Source: Carcharhinus amblyrhynchos (Eukaryota). Taken from it: DNA of 64,000 nt. The notes under the pieces were generated by a model that was given only the letters and a program-made list of their open reading frames with translations, did not search any database and was not told the DNA's origin. This document shows positions 47,379 to 60,351 of this stretch, one piece after another; the stretch's first letter is position 1; each line of letters begins with the position of its first letter. Location of the stretch: contig OZ336893.1 in assembly GCA_965287045.1 (NCBI GenBank), positions 7,254,001 to 7,318,000 on the forward strand. The letters run 5' to 3'. The translations under genes were made by a program, and so were the position numbers.

Positions 47379-48261
47379 ATTCGATCAGATGATGAAAAGC
47401 TTGTAAAAGAAGTATGTTTCAAGGAGTGCCTAAAGGAAGGAAGCCAAGGTGAGAGGTGCAGAGGAAATGGGGATATTCTAATACTTGGGATCTGAGAAAC
47501 TAAAGGCACAGTCACCAATGGTAAAGCAACTAAAATTTGATTTATTATCGTCATGTTTGTTGATAAACTGTGAAAAGTATTGTTTATTGCACACTTCAGA
47601 CAAAGCTCATTTCAGGGTATGTTGGGGACAGCTTGCAAAAAGGTGCCATGAAATTGGCAATACACAAGAGACCAGAATGCAAAGAATACAGATAACTCGA
47701 GGGTTGTGAGACAGAGGGAGATTACAGAAATAAGGATCCAGGACCAATGAGGCATTTGGAAAAGAAGATGAGCATTTTAACATGAAGACTTTGCTTGACT
47801 GGGTACTAATGTTAGTCAATGGGCATAAGGGCGACAGGGGAATGGAATTTGTTGCAAGTTAAGACATGGGCAGCAGAGTACTGAGGAAAGAATATGGGAG
47901 ATCAGTCAGGATTGCATTCAAATGATCAAACCTTGCGTCAACGAAGGCATGAGTGCCTGAATGTCGAAAGTGAGAAACAGTATCCCCTGCTGAGGGGATG
48001 GGGTGGTGGGCTGTTGGGGGTTTGCAAGAAGCGGGTTCAGTAACCGGAGGACACAGATTTAAAGTAATTAACAATATAACCAGAGGGTGGGTGAAGTGAG
48101 CTGTGGGGAATTATTTTTGTGCAGTGTTACTCTCTGGAAAGAGTTGTCAAAGACAAACGGGAAATAGATGCAACAGTAACTTCCAAAAAAAAATTGGATA
48201 TATGCTCCTCGCATGCTGCATGATCCTATGACTCTTGATATTTAGTGACTGATTAGAGTAA

Positions 48262-48425
48262 AGACGTGCCCCAAACTGGTTAGTTGCATTGGCCACGCTA
48301 AATTCTCCTTCAGTGTACCCAAACTGGCGCTGGAGTGTGCAACAAGAGGATTTTCACAGTAACTTCATTGCAGTGTTAATGTAAGCCGCCTTGTGACACT
48401 AATAAATAAAAAAAATTTTAAAACT
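48262..48425 (+). mobile_element. V-SINE type A, 3' half
   Basis: Core and type-A tail. Confidence 0.85.
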
Positions 48426-49964
48426 TTTAAAAACCCTTTTCCCACAAATGCATCTCGCAGTTAGTCCTGGATCTCACACAGGCACTCTGAGGATTGTTTT
48501 CTTAGGAGCTCAAGAAAAGAGTGGATAATGCTTCTTCTACTTATGCGATTTTATTATTCCAGTAGTCCTTCACCAGTGATGCCTGTGTCTGCTAGTCGTT
48601 GTGTGTGCAGAGTGTTATGCATCGTGCATTTGTAAACAAAAAATTAGCATTCCCACAGCCCGAGAAAAGAGTATTGGAGATTAAATCACTATTTCATTTA
48701 TTTCTCCATTTTCCCTTCCAGTTGGGTTATATAAAAAGGCAGAATTGGAAAGTGACCAAGTTTTCCAGTGACATGCCTCATTTAATCTATTAAAGGTATT
48801 TGTTGTGAGTGATGCGTTTGGTGTTTGAGTAACTGAGTAACTCAGTGATTGACTAGTTCTGCCTGTAAAATGAGTACAGTGATGTCACAGGATCTTTGTA
48901 TAAGCAGGAACTTGTTAAGAAGCTGATGGCAGAATTCAGCACTGAGCTGTGAAATGTCCACAGAAGCAGAACCGTATTCAGGTAGAAGAAATATTTCCTC
49001 TTTTTACTTTCAAAAGTTGGTAAAATGGTTTTGCACTTCCTTGATGTTTTCAGTCATCAAGTGATCTACAAGGTACCTAATTTTAATTGAGGTAGGACTG
49101 CAGTTCGTGAGCAGTGTCTCTGTGGCTGTGAGAAAATTGTTGGGGCTAGCAGTATGTCAGGACCATTTAGGGGTGCAGAATTTACCAGGAATGCCTGTAG
49201 GAGTTGGACACTGACATTCCAGTTGTTTCAGGGACATCGAAAAAGATGCCTTTACTTTCAGGGAGACTGAATGTTAGTGCTGGCTTCAATTGTTTATGAT
49301 TTGAATTTCCATGGAAGAAACATTACCAAGGAAATCAAATGAAACTTTACCAAATCACTCTTTAAGAAAAGAGAAGCATGGAGATCTTTGACAAACTGAA
49401 GTACAAGCGAGATTATTTTCAGCAAAATCTATTGCCTGCCATAGGCTGGAATGTCACCGAAGTGCGTTTGAATTTGGGAGCCTGTAATGCTGAGGTATTA
49501 GAATTTGTAGTTTAAATCAGAGGAAATTCAGTGCTTTTTAGTGTTCTATTTTGTCCACTTGGCTGCTGCCCCCTGGTGATAGCGCTATTCTGTCAATGGA
49601 CCTGTTCTCTGATGGACTGTGTGGCTTTGAAGGTTTTGGGATTTTTTTTAATGTTGCTGTGGAATGAATGGGAAGCAGCAGTTGAAGTTTAAACATGTTA
49701 TATCCATAAAACAAACAGGTATGACTGTAAAGTTCTTGCTGCTTATGGCTGCAAGAAAACATGACAGCCAAATGTTTGCGCTGAGCCCGATCGCCAGTAC
49801 TGTACAATATCACTTCCAAAGTCTTTGGGATGCTGGGTATTGGTGCATTTTGGAGCATGAGGGAACAAGGCTGATTTGGGAGGGGAGGTGATCAGTCTGG
49901 GATGTAACAGCAGCCACCGGTGGAGTGATTGGTTAGTGACTGTTTCAGGGCAAACTAATCTTCA

Positions 49965-50345
49965 TAGAAACCCTACAATATCTCAGCATTACAGGCACCC
50001 AAATACAAACACCCTTTGGTGATGTTCCAGCCAATGGCAGGCAGTAGATTTTGCTGAAAGTAATCTCAGCCCATTGAGTTTGTACCGATAACATTCCCAC
50101 CCAGGCCCTATCCCAAAAGTCCCACATATTTACCCCACTAACCTCTCTAACCCATGCATCCCAGCACACTGAAGGGCAATTTAACATAGTCTATGCACCT
50201 AACCCAAACATCTTTGGACTGAGAGAGGAAACCTACGCAGTCACAGGGAAAACATGCAGACTCTGCACAGACAGTGACCCAAGCTGGGAATCGAACCCAG
50301 GCCCCTGGAGCTGTGAGGCAGCAGTGCTAACTACTGTGCCACCAT
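49965..50345 (-). mobile_element. V-SINE type B with an insertion in the tail
   Basis: Head at ~50345; tail interrupted at ~49980-50065. Confidence 0.8.
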
Positions 50346-51004
50346 CTTGCAGGGCCTACACCTGAAATAGTTGTCAGTTTCCTTATGAAAATTGACTAAA
50401 GCATTTTTCTGGCTTGGCCATTGCATGTTTAAAAATGTGTCTGGTTGCCTATATAGCAGGTAACATGTTGCAAAGAGCATTCATTTCTTGTCCATCATAT
50501 TGCAGCCCTATCAAATGCTAAAATGTCTGCATGGAATATATAAGCATTCACATCAATGAGAAGTACACACGTGCTATGGGACGGGTGCCTAAACTGAATC
50601 GTTGCATTGGTGACCTGGGTGAATGGTCTACATGTATTCTCCCTGTCAGGATACAGATCACTTGCTTATTTGTAATCCCGTTAAGGTTGGTACCATCATG
50701 TTAAATCAGTTATAGCCTTCAGATTACACCTTCCAGTAACTTTTTTTTATTGTAGTTTGTTCACCCTACGTGCTTCTGGTGACTTTCCTCTTTCTTAAAA
50801 GAGTGATTTGGAAAATTTTCACCTGATGTCCTTGCTAAAAAATCTTTGTGAAAATTGCTCTCTAAGAATTTAACCTATGGTTTTCTCCATCGTTTGAATT
50901 TCCTCTTTGAGAATCTGTTCAATACACCTTGGAATTTGCAAACAGTCTTTATGTTCCAGAAGTATAAGTCAAGTTCTTGTAAGCTTACTCGTCACCACAC
51001 ATCT

Positions 51005-52730
51005 GTTTTTATTCGCTCATGGGATGTGGGCTTTGCTGGCAAGGCCAGAATTGTTACTCATCCTTGAATCACAGAATTGTTAAGCTGCAAAAGGAAGCCA
51101 TTGGTCTGTTGTTGAGAAGAGAAGGTAGTGGTGAGTTACCTTCCTGTACTGCTGCAACTCGTGTTGTAGGAACACTCACTATGCTGTTTGGAAGGGAGTT
51201 TGAGGATTTTGATCAAATGACAGTGAAAGAATGGCGATATAGTTCCAGGTCATGATGGTGCGTGCTTTAGACAGGAACTTCCAGGCGGTGGTCATCTGCT
51301 GCCCCTGTTCTTCTAGGTGGAAGAGGCTGCGGGTTTAGAAGGTGCTGTAAAAGGAATCTTGGTGTATTGCTGCAATGCATCTTGTCAGTGATTCTCACAG
51401 CCCCCATTGTACATTGATGTTGGGGGAGTGAATGTTCAAGGTGCTGGAAGGACTGCCAGTCAGATAGCTGCTTTGCCCTGGATGGTGTGAGCTTCGAGTG
51501 TTGTTGGGGCTGCACTTATCCAGCGAAGTCCAGGGTATTCCATTATACTCCTGACTTGTGCCTTGTAGATGGTGGATAGGCATTAGTTTGAAATTTAGTT
51601 TGTTTATTTATTAGTGTCACAAATAGGCTTACATTAATACTGCAATTAAGTAACTGTGAAAATCCCCCAGTCGCCACATTCCGGCACCTGTTCAGGTACA
51701 CTGAGGGAGAGTTTAGCATGGCCAATGCACCTAGCCAGCTCATTTTTCGGACTGTGGGGGGGGAAACTAGAGGAAACCCACACAGACATGGGGAGAGCGT
51801 GCAGACTCCACACAGACAACGGCCCAAGCTGGGAATCGAACCTGGGTCCCTGGCACTGTGAGGCAGCAATGCTAACCACTGTGCCACTGGGAGAGAGTCA
51901 GAGGTGAGTTTCTCTCTGCAGGATTCCAAGCCTCTGACCACTCTTGTAGCCACAATATTTACATGGCTATGGTTCAGTTTCTGGTCAATGGTAACCCCCC
52001 AGGATGTTGATAGTGGATTATTCAGTGATGGTAATGCCATTAAATGTCATGGGAGATGGTTGGATTCTGTCTTTCTGGAGATGGTCATTGCCTAGCACTT
52101 GTGTGGTGCAAATGTTACTTGCCACTTATCAACCAAAACCTGAATATTGTCCACATCATGCTACAGACAGACACAGATTCCTTCAGTATCTGAGAATTCA
52201 CAAATCATATTGAAAATTATAAAATTATCAGTAAACATCCCACCCTCTGATCTTATGATGGAAAGAAGGCCATTGATGAAGCAGCTGAAGATGGTTGGGT
52301 CTAGGGCACTACCCTGAGGAACACTTGCAGTGATGTGTTGGGTTGAGATAATTGACCTCCAAGAACCATATCCATCGTCCTTTGTGCTAGGTATTACTCC
52401 ACCAATGGAGCTTTTTCTCCCTGATTCTCATTAGCTCCAATTTTGCTCGGGCTGCTTGATGCCAGACTTGGTTAAATGTCTTGTCTTAATGTCAAGGACA
52501 CTCATTCTCAACTTACCTTCTGTTCTTGGCTCTTTTGTCCATGTTTAAATTAAGGCCGTAATGAGATCAGGAGTTGACTGATCGTGGTGGAACCTAAATT
52601 AAGAATCAATGAGCAGGTTATTGCTGAGTAGGTACTGCTTGACAGCACTGTCAACGACATGTCCCATCACTTCACCGATCATTGAGTGTAGACTCATCGG
52701 GCAATAATTGGCCAGGTTGGATTTAACCGA
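51005..52730 (-). mobile_element. LINE fragment (family of 21345-24030) with nested V-SINE type A (51595-51888)
   Basis: Colinear with 21345-22620; GVTIDQKLN.SHVNIVATR. Confidence 0.88.
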
Positions 52731-52871
52731 CTTAATCGAAGTTCTCAGGTGGGGAAAAATATTTATCCGTTGTGAGTTTCCTATCCCCCTATGGAAATGA
52801 ATAATGCTGAGCTGCAGACTGGAATCCTTTCTCCCTGAAATTGTGTCTTCCTTTATCTCAATGAGTGCTCA

Positions 52872-53035
52872 AAGGAAGCCAAAATCCCTTTCTAACAGCA
52901 CCGTGGGTGTATCTACACAGCACGGATTGCAGCGATTTAAGGAGGCAGGTCACCACCACCATATTGAGGGCAATTTGGGTTGGGCAATAAATGCTGGCCT
53001 TGCCAGCAATGTCCATACCTCATGAATGAATTAAA
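52872..53035 (+). mobile_element. LINE 3' tail (same family)
   Basis: Matches 45390-45545. Confidence 0.8.
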
Positions 53036-54874
53036 AACAAGTTCTGGTGCTCACCTGAGAAGCACAAAGGAACTATGTTTCGACACATGACTTGTATTAG
53101 GACTTGGTCAGTGATGATAGATGACTGACCACTTCTGAACCAAAAATGGTCTCTCTAGCTAAAGGTAGAATTTACCACATCCCTCCAAATATCAACATGA
53201 AGCAACAATTTGGAAAAATGGCATTTCATGTCAGATCTTGGGAAATTCCACCTTGAATTATGCTTGCCACTGCAATTGGGGCAATCACAAAATCTAACTG
53301 ATTAGCCCATTACTGAAACAAATGAGGCGGAGCACGCTACATCTTTGGGTAAATTTGCGACCTTCACATCATCGACAAAGAAAACTTTGATCTTATGTGA
53401 AGTGCAAAATGTTATTGAGGGAAATGAATACTCAATGCTGCTTCTACTGCATATGAATCTCTGTCCCCATAGGTTGTTTCCTGGAACTTGTTGGTTAAGT
53501 TTAGAGTTAATTACGTTTGCTGAATTAGGGAGTTGAAGCATGTGTTGGGACTTTTGACCTTTTGGAGTATTTTTGTGAGACTCTGTGCTTGACATGGAGT
53601 ACAATAGCACTGGAGTCCTGATTATTTAGTTCTACACTTGCTATTAGCACATCATTTTGTTGAGAGCAACTTCTCTCAAAATTGCTCTGTCTTTCAGCCT
53701 GAGATATCGTATTTGCTTGTAATCACGAATAGCAGCATCTTGTTCTGTCATGAAGTGCGTGAGATGCAACAGCAACTTTTGCCACTCAAGGCTTTTGTTT
53801 ATCTTCTGAGTTACTTGGTGATCTGTAGGTAGAGAAGGTTTTGTCATCAGCTGCAGGTTTTTATTTTGGCAACCACTAGTATCCAAATAGAACTGGGTGG
53901 ATTATTAGTAGCAGCTGGGAGCAGCAGAATTTAAAAATAACCTTTTCTTTCCTATTGTGCAGGTGTCCAATATAGGTCGGCTTGTGTTCTCCAATTCCTA
54001 AAGACAGGAATTGAACAAGTATAGATATTGTGGCACAGAAAAAAGGTTTAGTTTACAATGACAGTGATGACAGCAAAAGAAGACCTCAGTGTAGACCAAA
54101 ATATTCTACAGTGGCACTTGGAGTAAATATACAGTTGGCTTTTGAAAAGTGTTTTATTGCCTTAAAGCTCATCAAAATTAATACAATTAATTGTTTGTTG
54201 AGTTGTATTGCCAGTTGGCATCCACAAAAGCTGCCTTGTTCCCAGTAAGATACCGTGAGCAGCACTGAATAATAACCAGTGAAATCCTTTGTTAATGTGG
54301 TACCTAGACAGAGAGCATATCTCTGAAGCATAATGAGATAGTGCCCATTCAGCATTTACTTTGTTGTGGAACTTGAAGCAATTGGTATCTGATCTTCATC
54401 TGTTGATTTTGATGTTGCTTTCCATGTGTGGAGTTTAAGGGGTACTGAATGAGTCACAAAGACTTTAGAGCTTTTCCCTTCCCGCTGGGAGAGTTGACCA
54501 TTAGTGGTTCAACTGTATTAAAGTTCCTAGATAGCGTTTGTCTTCCGGCTGTTCTTTAATTTGTTGTTGCTAAGAGACTACTTGCTAGTTTGTGCCTCCA
54601 CCTGCCACTCTTCATTTAACCCTGTCAGCATATCCTTCTATTCTTTCCTTCATCTTGCGCTTATCTTGCCATCAATATCCATCCATCTACGTGTAGTGAT
54701 GATCAAGAATCAAACCAAATGTACTTATCTGGCTTCTTCTTAAACGCATCTACGCTATTCACCTCACCACCTCCTTGTGGCAATCTTATTAAGGGAGCAA
54801 AGGGAGGGTTAAGTGTTGAATTATGAATAGAAGAAGTTAAGTTGTTGTCTTGGATCAACGTGTTATTACGCTAG

Positions 54875-55592
54875 AGACCTGGAATCTCTAGAAAGGTCAA
54901 ACAACTTTTTCATTGTTTATACTCGCCCCTTCCTGCTGCATGGGGATATTGACACAACTGGTTGGTTTATTTCCTTCTGGGGCTGGGAACCAGGATTCAG
55001 GACTATCCGGGGTGGAGGCCAAACTTAGCCCTATCAGGCAATAGTCACTAATTAGGATTTTCATGGAGGTGTCACCTCTTTGTCCAATTAATGGCAGTAG
55101 GTGGCATGTAGAGGACCAATTCTTCCAGGTTGTGAAGAGCAGTAAACTGCGATGGGTGGTAAATACTTTGCATGTGAGGTGCCCTCTCACTACCCTGTTT
55201 GAAACTTTAAATTTAAAAAAAATAGTTCTTGACAGCGAGGCCACCTGGGGTGTGGTGGCTATTCTCATACCCAGGAATACAGGCCTCTAAGCCTGCATTG
55301 AGTGCTCAAACAGTTCCCTCGCCCTTGGCCTGCTACCAAGTGCCCACCTCACTGAGAAATTCTAATTGGCCTCCTTGAATTGCTGTTAAACAAGGCTCTT
55401 AATGAGCCAATTCTGGTACCCGCTTCATGGGTCCGGGTAACCCAGCTGGTCCCAAAAAGAGTGGTAACTCTGCTGGTCACGAACCTACCTCAGCAAAAAA
55501 TATTCGGGAATGAAGTTGGAAACCAGCTCATTGCCCAGCTGGTAATTTCAGGCCTATCCCCCACTTCCACTGGGGCCTAAAAACCCTGCCCA
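54875..55592. mobile_element. Probable decayed MITE-like element
   Basis: The right end AAAACCCTGCCC resembles the GGGC..TTTT TIR family. The left end is uncertain. Confidence 0.4.
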
Positions 55593-56941
55593 GAATGTTC
55601 ACTCATCAAAATTCATCTGAACCTGATGAACACGAAATCTGAAACAGATATCCGAAGGCTCCACTACATGTGACATTTGATGAGACTGAAGGGGATTTAA
55701 GCACTATGGGAATGATAAGGGTTAGCCATGATCTTACTAAACTACAAAGCAGCCTCGAGAAGCTTTGTGTCCTACTCTTGGCACCTTCCTCTTGTGTGCA
55801 AAACCTATCTCTGGGGACAATAATTGATGTGTTGTTGATTTATGTTTTGCTTTAAGATAGTGTCAGCTTGGTTTAGTTGGTTGTACTGAATGACAGGTTT
55901 TAACTTCATACTCGGCCAGTGCTGTGTTGCAGATATTAGATTTCAGAAGAGGCAGTTCATTTTTGAGATGAATTTTGAAGGTCACCATTGCACTGTTCCA
56001 ATATTAAAGGTCTAGCCCTGTCTCCAATATTACCAAGGACAATCCACTTAACAATCTATTTAGTAAGCTGTTGATGCGATCTTTGTATCTACAATGTGAT
56101 CACCATTGCTAGCTGACAGAAGTCACTACGTTCCAAAAGTAACTGAGCTATCTCCGAGAAACACAAGTAACCACACAAATGCAAGCATTTCCTTTTTACA
56201 GCAGCGTATTCTTTGGGTTTTGCGGTTTAATGAAAATAGTGGGCTTTACATGGTTATGTGCAGCAAAGAAAATGTTCGTTACACAACTAAGCTCGACCCC
56301 ATTTTTTCTTTAATCACTTGACCTTCAGAAATTTAATTCGTAGATTTGCATAATGGAAACATTTGTAGCATAAAATTCAGTTTTGGCCCAAAACCTGGGG
56401 ACTCAGCCCAAAACACATGTAATATTGGGCTTTATCATTGTCATGGAGTTTGCAAGTTGCAGACACTTAACTTTTATTTACAAAAATATACACTATTCCT
56501 AAAATATCTGAAAGAACATGACGAACATTTTAAAGTGGCCATCACATGAAGTGCAATAATATTCAAGTTACTGACATAGATCATGTTGCTGCAACACAGT
56601 CAAAAATGATCATTGCTGTTGGCGCAATGATATTTTACTTGTCCATATTGATCAAGTTGTGCTCTGAGCTGCTTCAATACAGTTGTGATACATTGAATAT
56701 ATACACTGAATATTACATGCAAGTCATACAACCCGAGGAGGTTCTATACTATTCCACTCCATCATGGCTGACAGTAACCTTCTCACACTGCACTTCTGCC
56801 ATGTCTGCCCCAAGCTTTAGTGCATCCCTCAGCATGTAGTCTTGGTCTTTGGAATGTGCCAGTCATGACTTGTGGTCAAAGGTGTTTCTCTGCATAACTT
56901 TTTCCAAGGGGGACAGGTCCAACTACTTTGTGGTAAAGTGA

Positions 56942-57683
56942 CCAGACCCATCCTTCACAACACAGGACAGGTACAACCTCAGTATACAGTGACTCTTGGT
57001 GTTTGCCTACCTACTGAGAAACTATACACAGCTTGATGCAGCGACACACAAGATGGCCATCAAGATTAGGGCGGTGAGGGCCTTATCTTTACCCCCTTTA
57101 TTTATCTAGTGGTTTGTACATCACATTCATGTGAATGTAGTCCATTTTTGACCTCCAAATGGTGAGGTGATTGCCACAGCGCAGGAATAAGGAATGGGTC
57201 TGACCTTAATGTGTATAGCAACACCGAGGGTGTGTCTCGTGTGATGACCAAGTTTTTAAAATTTTTTATTCCATCCTTAAAATTATAAAACCAATGCTTA
57301 GAATGGACCGAGTAAACCCAAATCCATTCCTTGCTCCAAAAACCAAATTCAAATTCCAGTTGAATTCAATTCGTGGTCCCCATCAAAGAGACAAACAAGA
57401 TCCAAGTTGACAAGAAAATGCAGTATACTCTGTATTGGGTTTGATCTCATGTTTGACCTTAGTCAAAAGGCTGAGAAGAAATGACCAAGTTCTTACTTGC
57501 AATGAGATCTCACCAGGCAACTTGCTGGTTGCCTGGCAACTCACCAGGCAACACCGCCCTAATCTTGATGGCCATCTTGTGTGTCGCCGCATCAAGCTGT
57601 GCATAGTTTCTCAGTAGGCAAACACCAAGAGTCACTGTATACTGAGGTTGTACCTGTCCTTGTGTTGTGAAGGATGGGTCTGG
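56942..57683. repeat. Long inverted repeat: arms 56942-57076 and 57552-57683, 475-bp spacer
   Basis: The arms are reverse complements differing by 2 substitutions, a 4-bp indel and a 1-bp indel. Confidence 0.95.
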
Positions 57684-60277
57684 GCCTGAAGATTAGGTCA
57701 TTGCATAGGGAAGGGATCGCTGGATCCATGTTTGGGTAAATATACTTTAACCATTTAGTTTCCTTGTTCATTATGATCTGCACTGACCCTATTATTGGGC
57801 CACACATAGGTCATGAGGCTAAAACTGGCCCAAATTTATTAAAGACAACCTAAAATTTCAGAGTGCTCAGAAGGACAATAAGCCCCTTATTTGAGTATGG
57901 AAAGAGCCTAATGCCATAGTCCTGGATGCTTTTTATTTTTGCCTGTATCAGTCATGGTGGGTGCCACATTTCTGACTTATATGCAATGTGTGCTTCCTGC
58001 TCGCCATTTTGGAGATTTAGGAGTTTGTTCAGTGAAGGAAAAACAGATTGGTACTTGGTTTTCTCAACCAACTTGTTCCTATGCTTAAGTGGGCATGGAG
58101 GGACAAATACAGTCATGTTTTAACAGGACCGAGAATTGTTGTTATCTTGAATGCCTGGAGCCATTTCTGTGAACACAGAGGCAGGATGATGGGCAATTAA
58201 CTGAGGAACTCTAAAAATGCATTTATGAATTGTGAATGAATTTCTGATCAGTGAAAGCAATCCTACATTCTGTTCATACAAAAGAAGATTGCTGCCCAGT
58301 ACTAGCAGCAAATAATGTGTCCCAGTTGTCATCTGTAGGAGATGATTGACTCTTGTCTCTATTCTGAAAGCACTGGCTGCTTCATTAATTTCCCGCACCT
58401 TGCAGGGTTGAAGGCTAAGGTGGGATATGAAGATTCATAAAGTTGGGAGCAAACTTTAGTTCAGTATTATGATTGTAAAGATGAAAAGCGAGGCAAATGT
58501 TAAAAAAAACTCTAGTTTTATTCAGTTTTTCAGGTCTTAGTGGGGAGGAGACTCTTTCAAAACAGTCATCCTCTTCCTGAGTTCTTTGCTCAAAGGCAGA
58601 TCCTTGATGATTATTCGCTGAACCACAGCAGAGTGTCATGACTTTTTAAACTCTGGGTTGGACCAGGAGGCAAACCCCAAGTCTGCCTCAGCCGGAATGG
58701 AATCGAACCCCATGCTATTGCCATTATTCTGATCCAGATGTGGTGTACAGTATACTGGACGGGTAAACAGACAGGAGCTGGGCTTCTTAGTATTCTAAAC
58801 ATGAAGGTTTCCATGTCCTCATCTCAGTCAGACCAGACATTTTGATTATCCCACATTGATTGTGGGGAACAGGACAAGCGCATCTCAGCATGTGGTGAGG
58901 CACCACTCAGTAAGACTGGATCTTTATTAACCTTCAATCTTTCAGCTACTTTTTTGTTTTTAAGATTGAGGCTAAAACCTGCTTGGCAAATTTTAACACA
59001 ATAATATGGCATTTCCCTAAGGAAGAGTTGGACCTGAACAGGAGTTTGGAATGATTAATGGAGAGATTGGTGAAGGTCCAGCTGATGAGACTTGTTGAGG
59101 CTTTTGAAGAAGGGGAATAATGTCGCAAGGCTCCAAGTGTTGGGACATTAATGCCAGAGTACAAAGTGTAATCATTGCGCTGATGTGTATCTCATCAATC
59201 TGTGACCTTCAAGCTATCAATTTGAAACATAGGTTGTAAAACCTTTCTGTGTAAGGGGAGCGACTGACTACCATCTTGTCTACTCCAACAAATACATCTT
59301 CCATGGCAATTTCTGTGAAAGCGTTAATTTCAAGTAATGACCATTCTTAGGGATTGATTGCCCTGATGCTTACATTAGTCCACGCTGAATGCAGTGTGAT
59401 TAATTTTACATACAAGATTAAAGCTTAATCATCGTCCATTGTTTCTTGATTACAGTGCCTTGACTTTTCGCGCGTTGTCATTAATCTCCTCAGAAATAAT
59501 GAAGTCATAGACTGGCTTCTGACGTAGTTTCCTATTTTGAATTGTATTGGGGTCAAATCTAAAACAGACTTGTGCTATTTTATGTTTTACAAGAAAATAT
59601 TTGCAAATTATTGAATTTGACTGCCCTTTTGGACTTCAGTTTAATCCACTCTATGTCCCCTTTCCCCCAACCCAGAGAGCTCAGTGACCACGTGGGTTTA
59701 GTTCTTTGCTTTATTCCACACAGCCAACAAAATGGCCATTACTTCTAGTTTGCCCATATTGCGGATTAAAGGGACATAAAATTGGATACATAATGAAAAT
59801 TCAGTTGGGACTTTGGCAGTACGTTTCTCAAACTGAAATTACAGCAAATTAGACTCTTGCCGGAATTTTATTGCCTCACTTGCCCAAGGCTTGTAAGAGC
59901 CTGAAGCCAAGGGAGAATTCCATTCTGCAAGCTGGTAAAATTTCAGCATCTGTGTCTGTTGCTCCTCCTCATTATATTACTCCAAGATTTCAGGCAAGCA
60001 GCAAATGTCAGGAACAAGCACCAATTGCCATCCTTGGCAATGAGATGGGAGTTAATGTTCTTGTTCCTAGTCCTTAGCTTCATTTTCCTCCCACAGTTCC
60101 AATAGGATGGCCGTTTTGAGGGATGGCAGAAGAAGTGGCCTTTTGGTCCTTTGCCTCCAGCAGTTGCCTTGGGATACATAGCAAATAAAGCAGAAGTTAG
60201 GCAAATCTCCCTTAATTTGTCCCCAAGATGGGGAGTCAGCCCTGCCAGAGGTGGGTCAGTACTGGGGTGGGGGGAGA

Positions 60278-60351
60278 ATCTGTCCGTAAGGCGCGCAAGA
60301 AGTAATACTTTTCCCTATATACTAATAAATGTGACAATAATAAATCAAATC
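60278..60351 (+). mobile_element. Rex1 3' terminal fragment
   Basis: GCGCGCAAGAAGTAATACTTTTC..TGTGACAATAATAAATCAAATC. Confidence 0.75.

Noticed and set aside
53963-54020. Possible next INPP5B exon after a strong polypyrimidine acceptor
   Set aside because: There is no good donor before an in-frame stop and no similarity to INPP5B that I can recognise.
55626-55675. NTKSETDIRR, resembling human KSKSEITDMVR
   Set aside because: It lacks splice sites, hits a stop within a few codons, lacks the following FGLRD motif and adjoins a CR1 tail fragment.
59021-59098. GRVGPEQEFGMINGEIG as the linker exon
   Set aside because: The phase fits, but the acceptor and donor are weak and an in-frame stop follows. 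It cannot be supported without transcripts.
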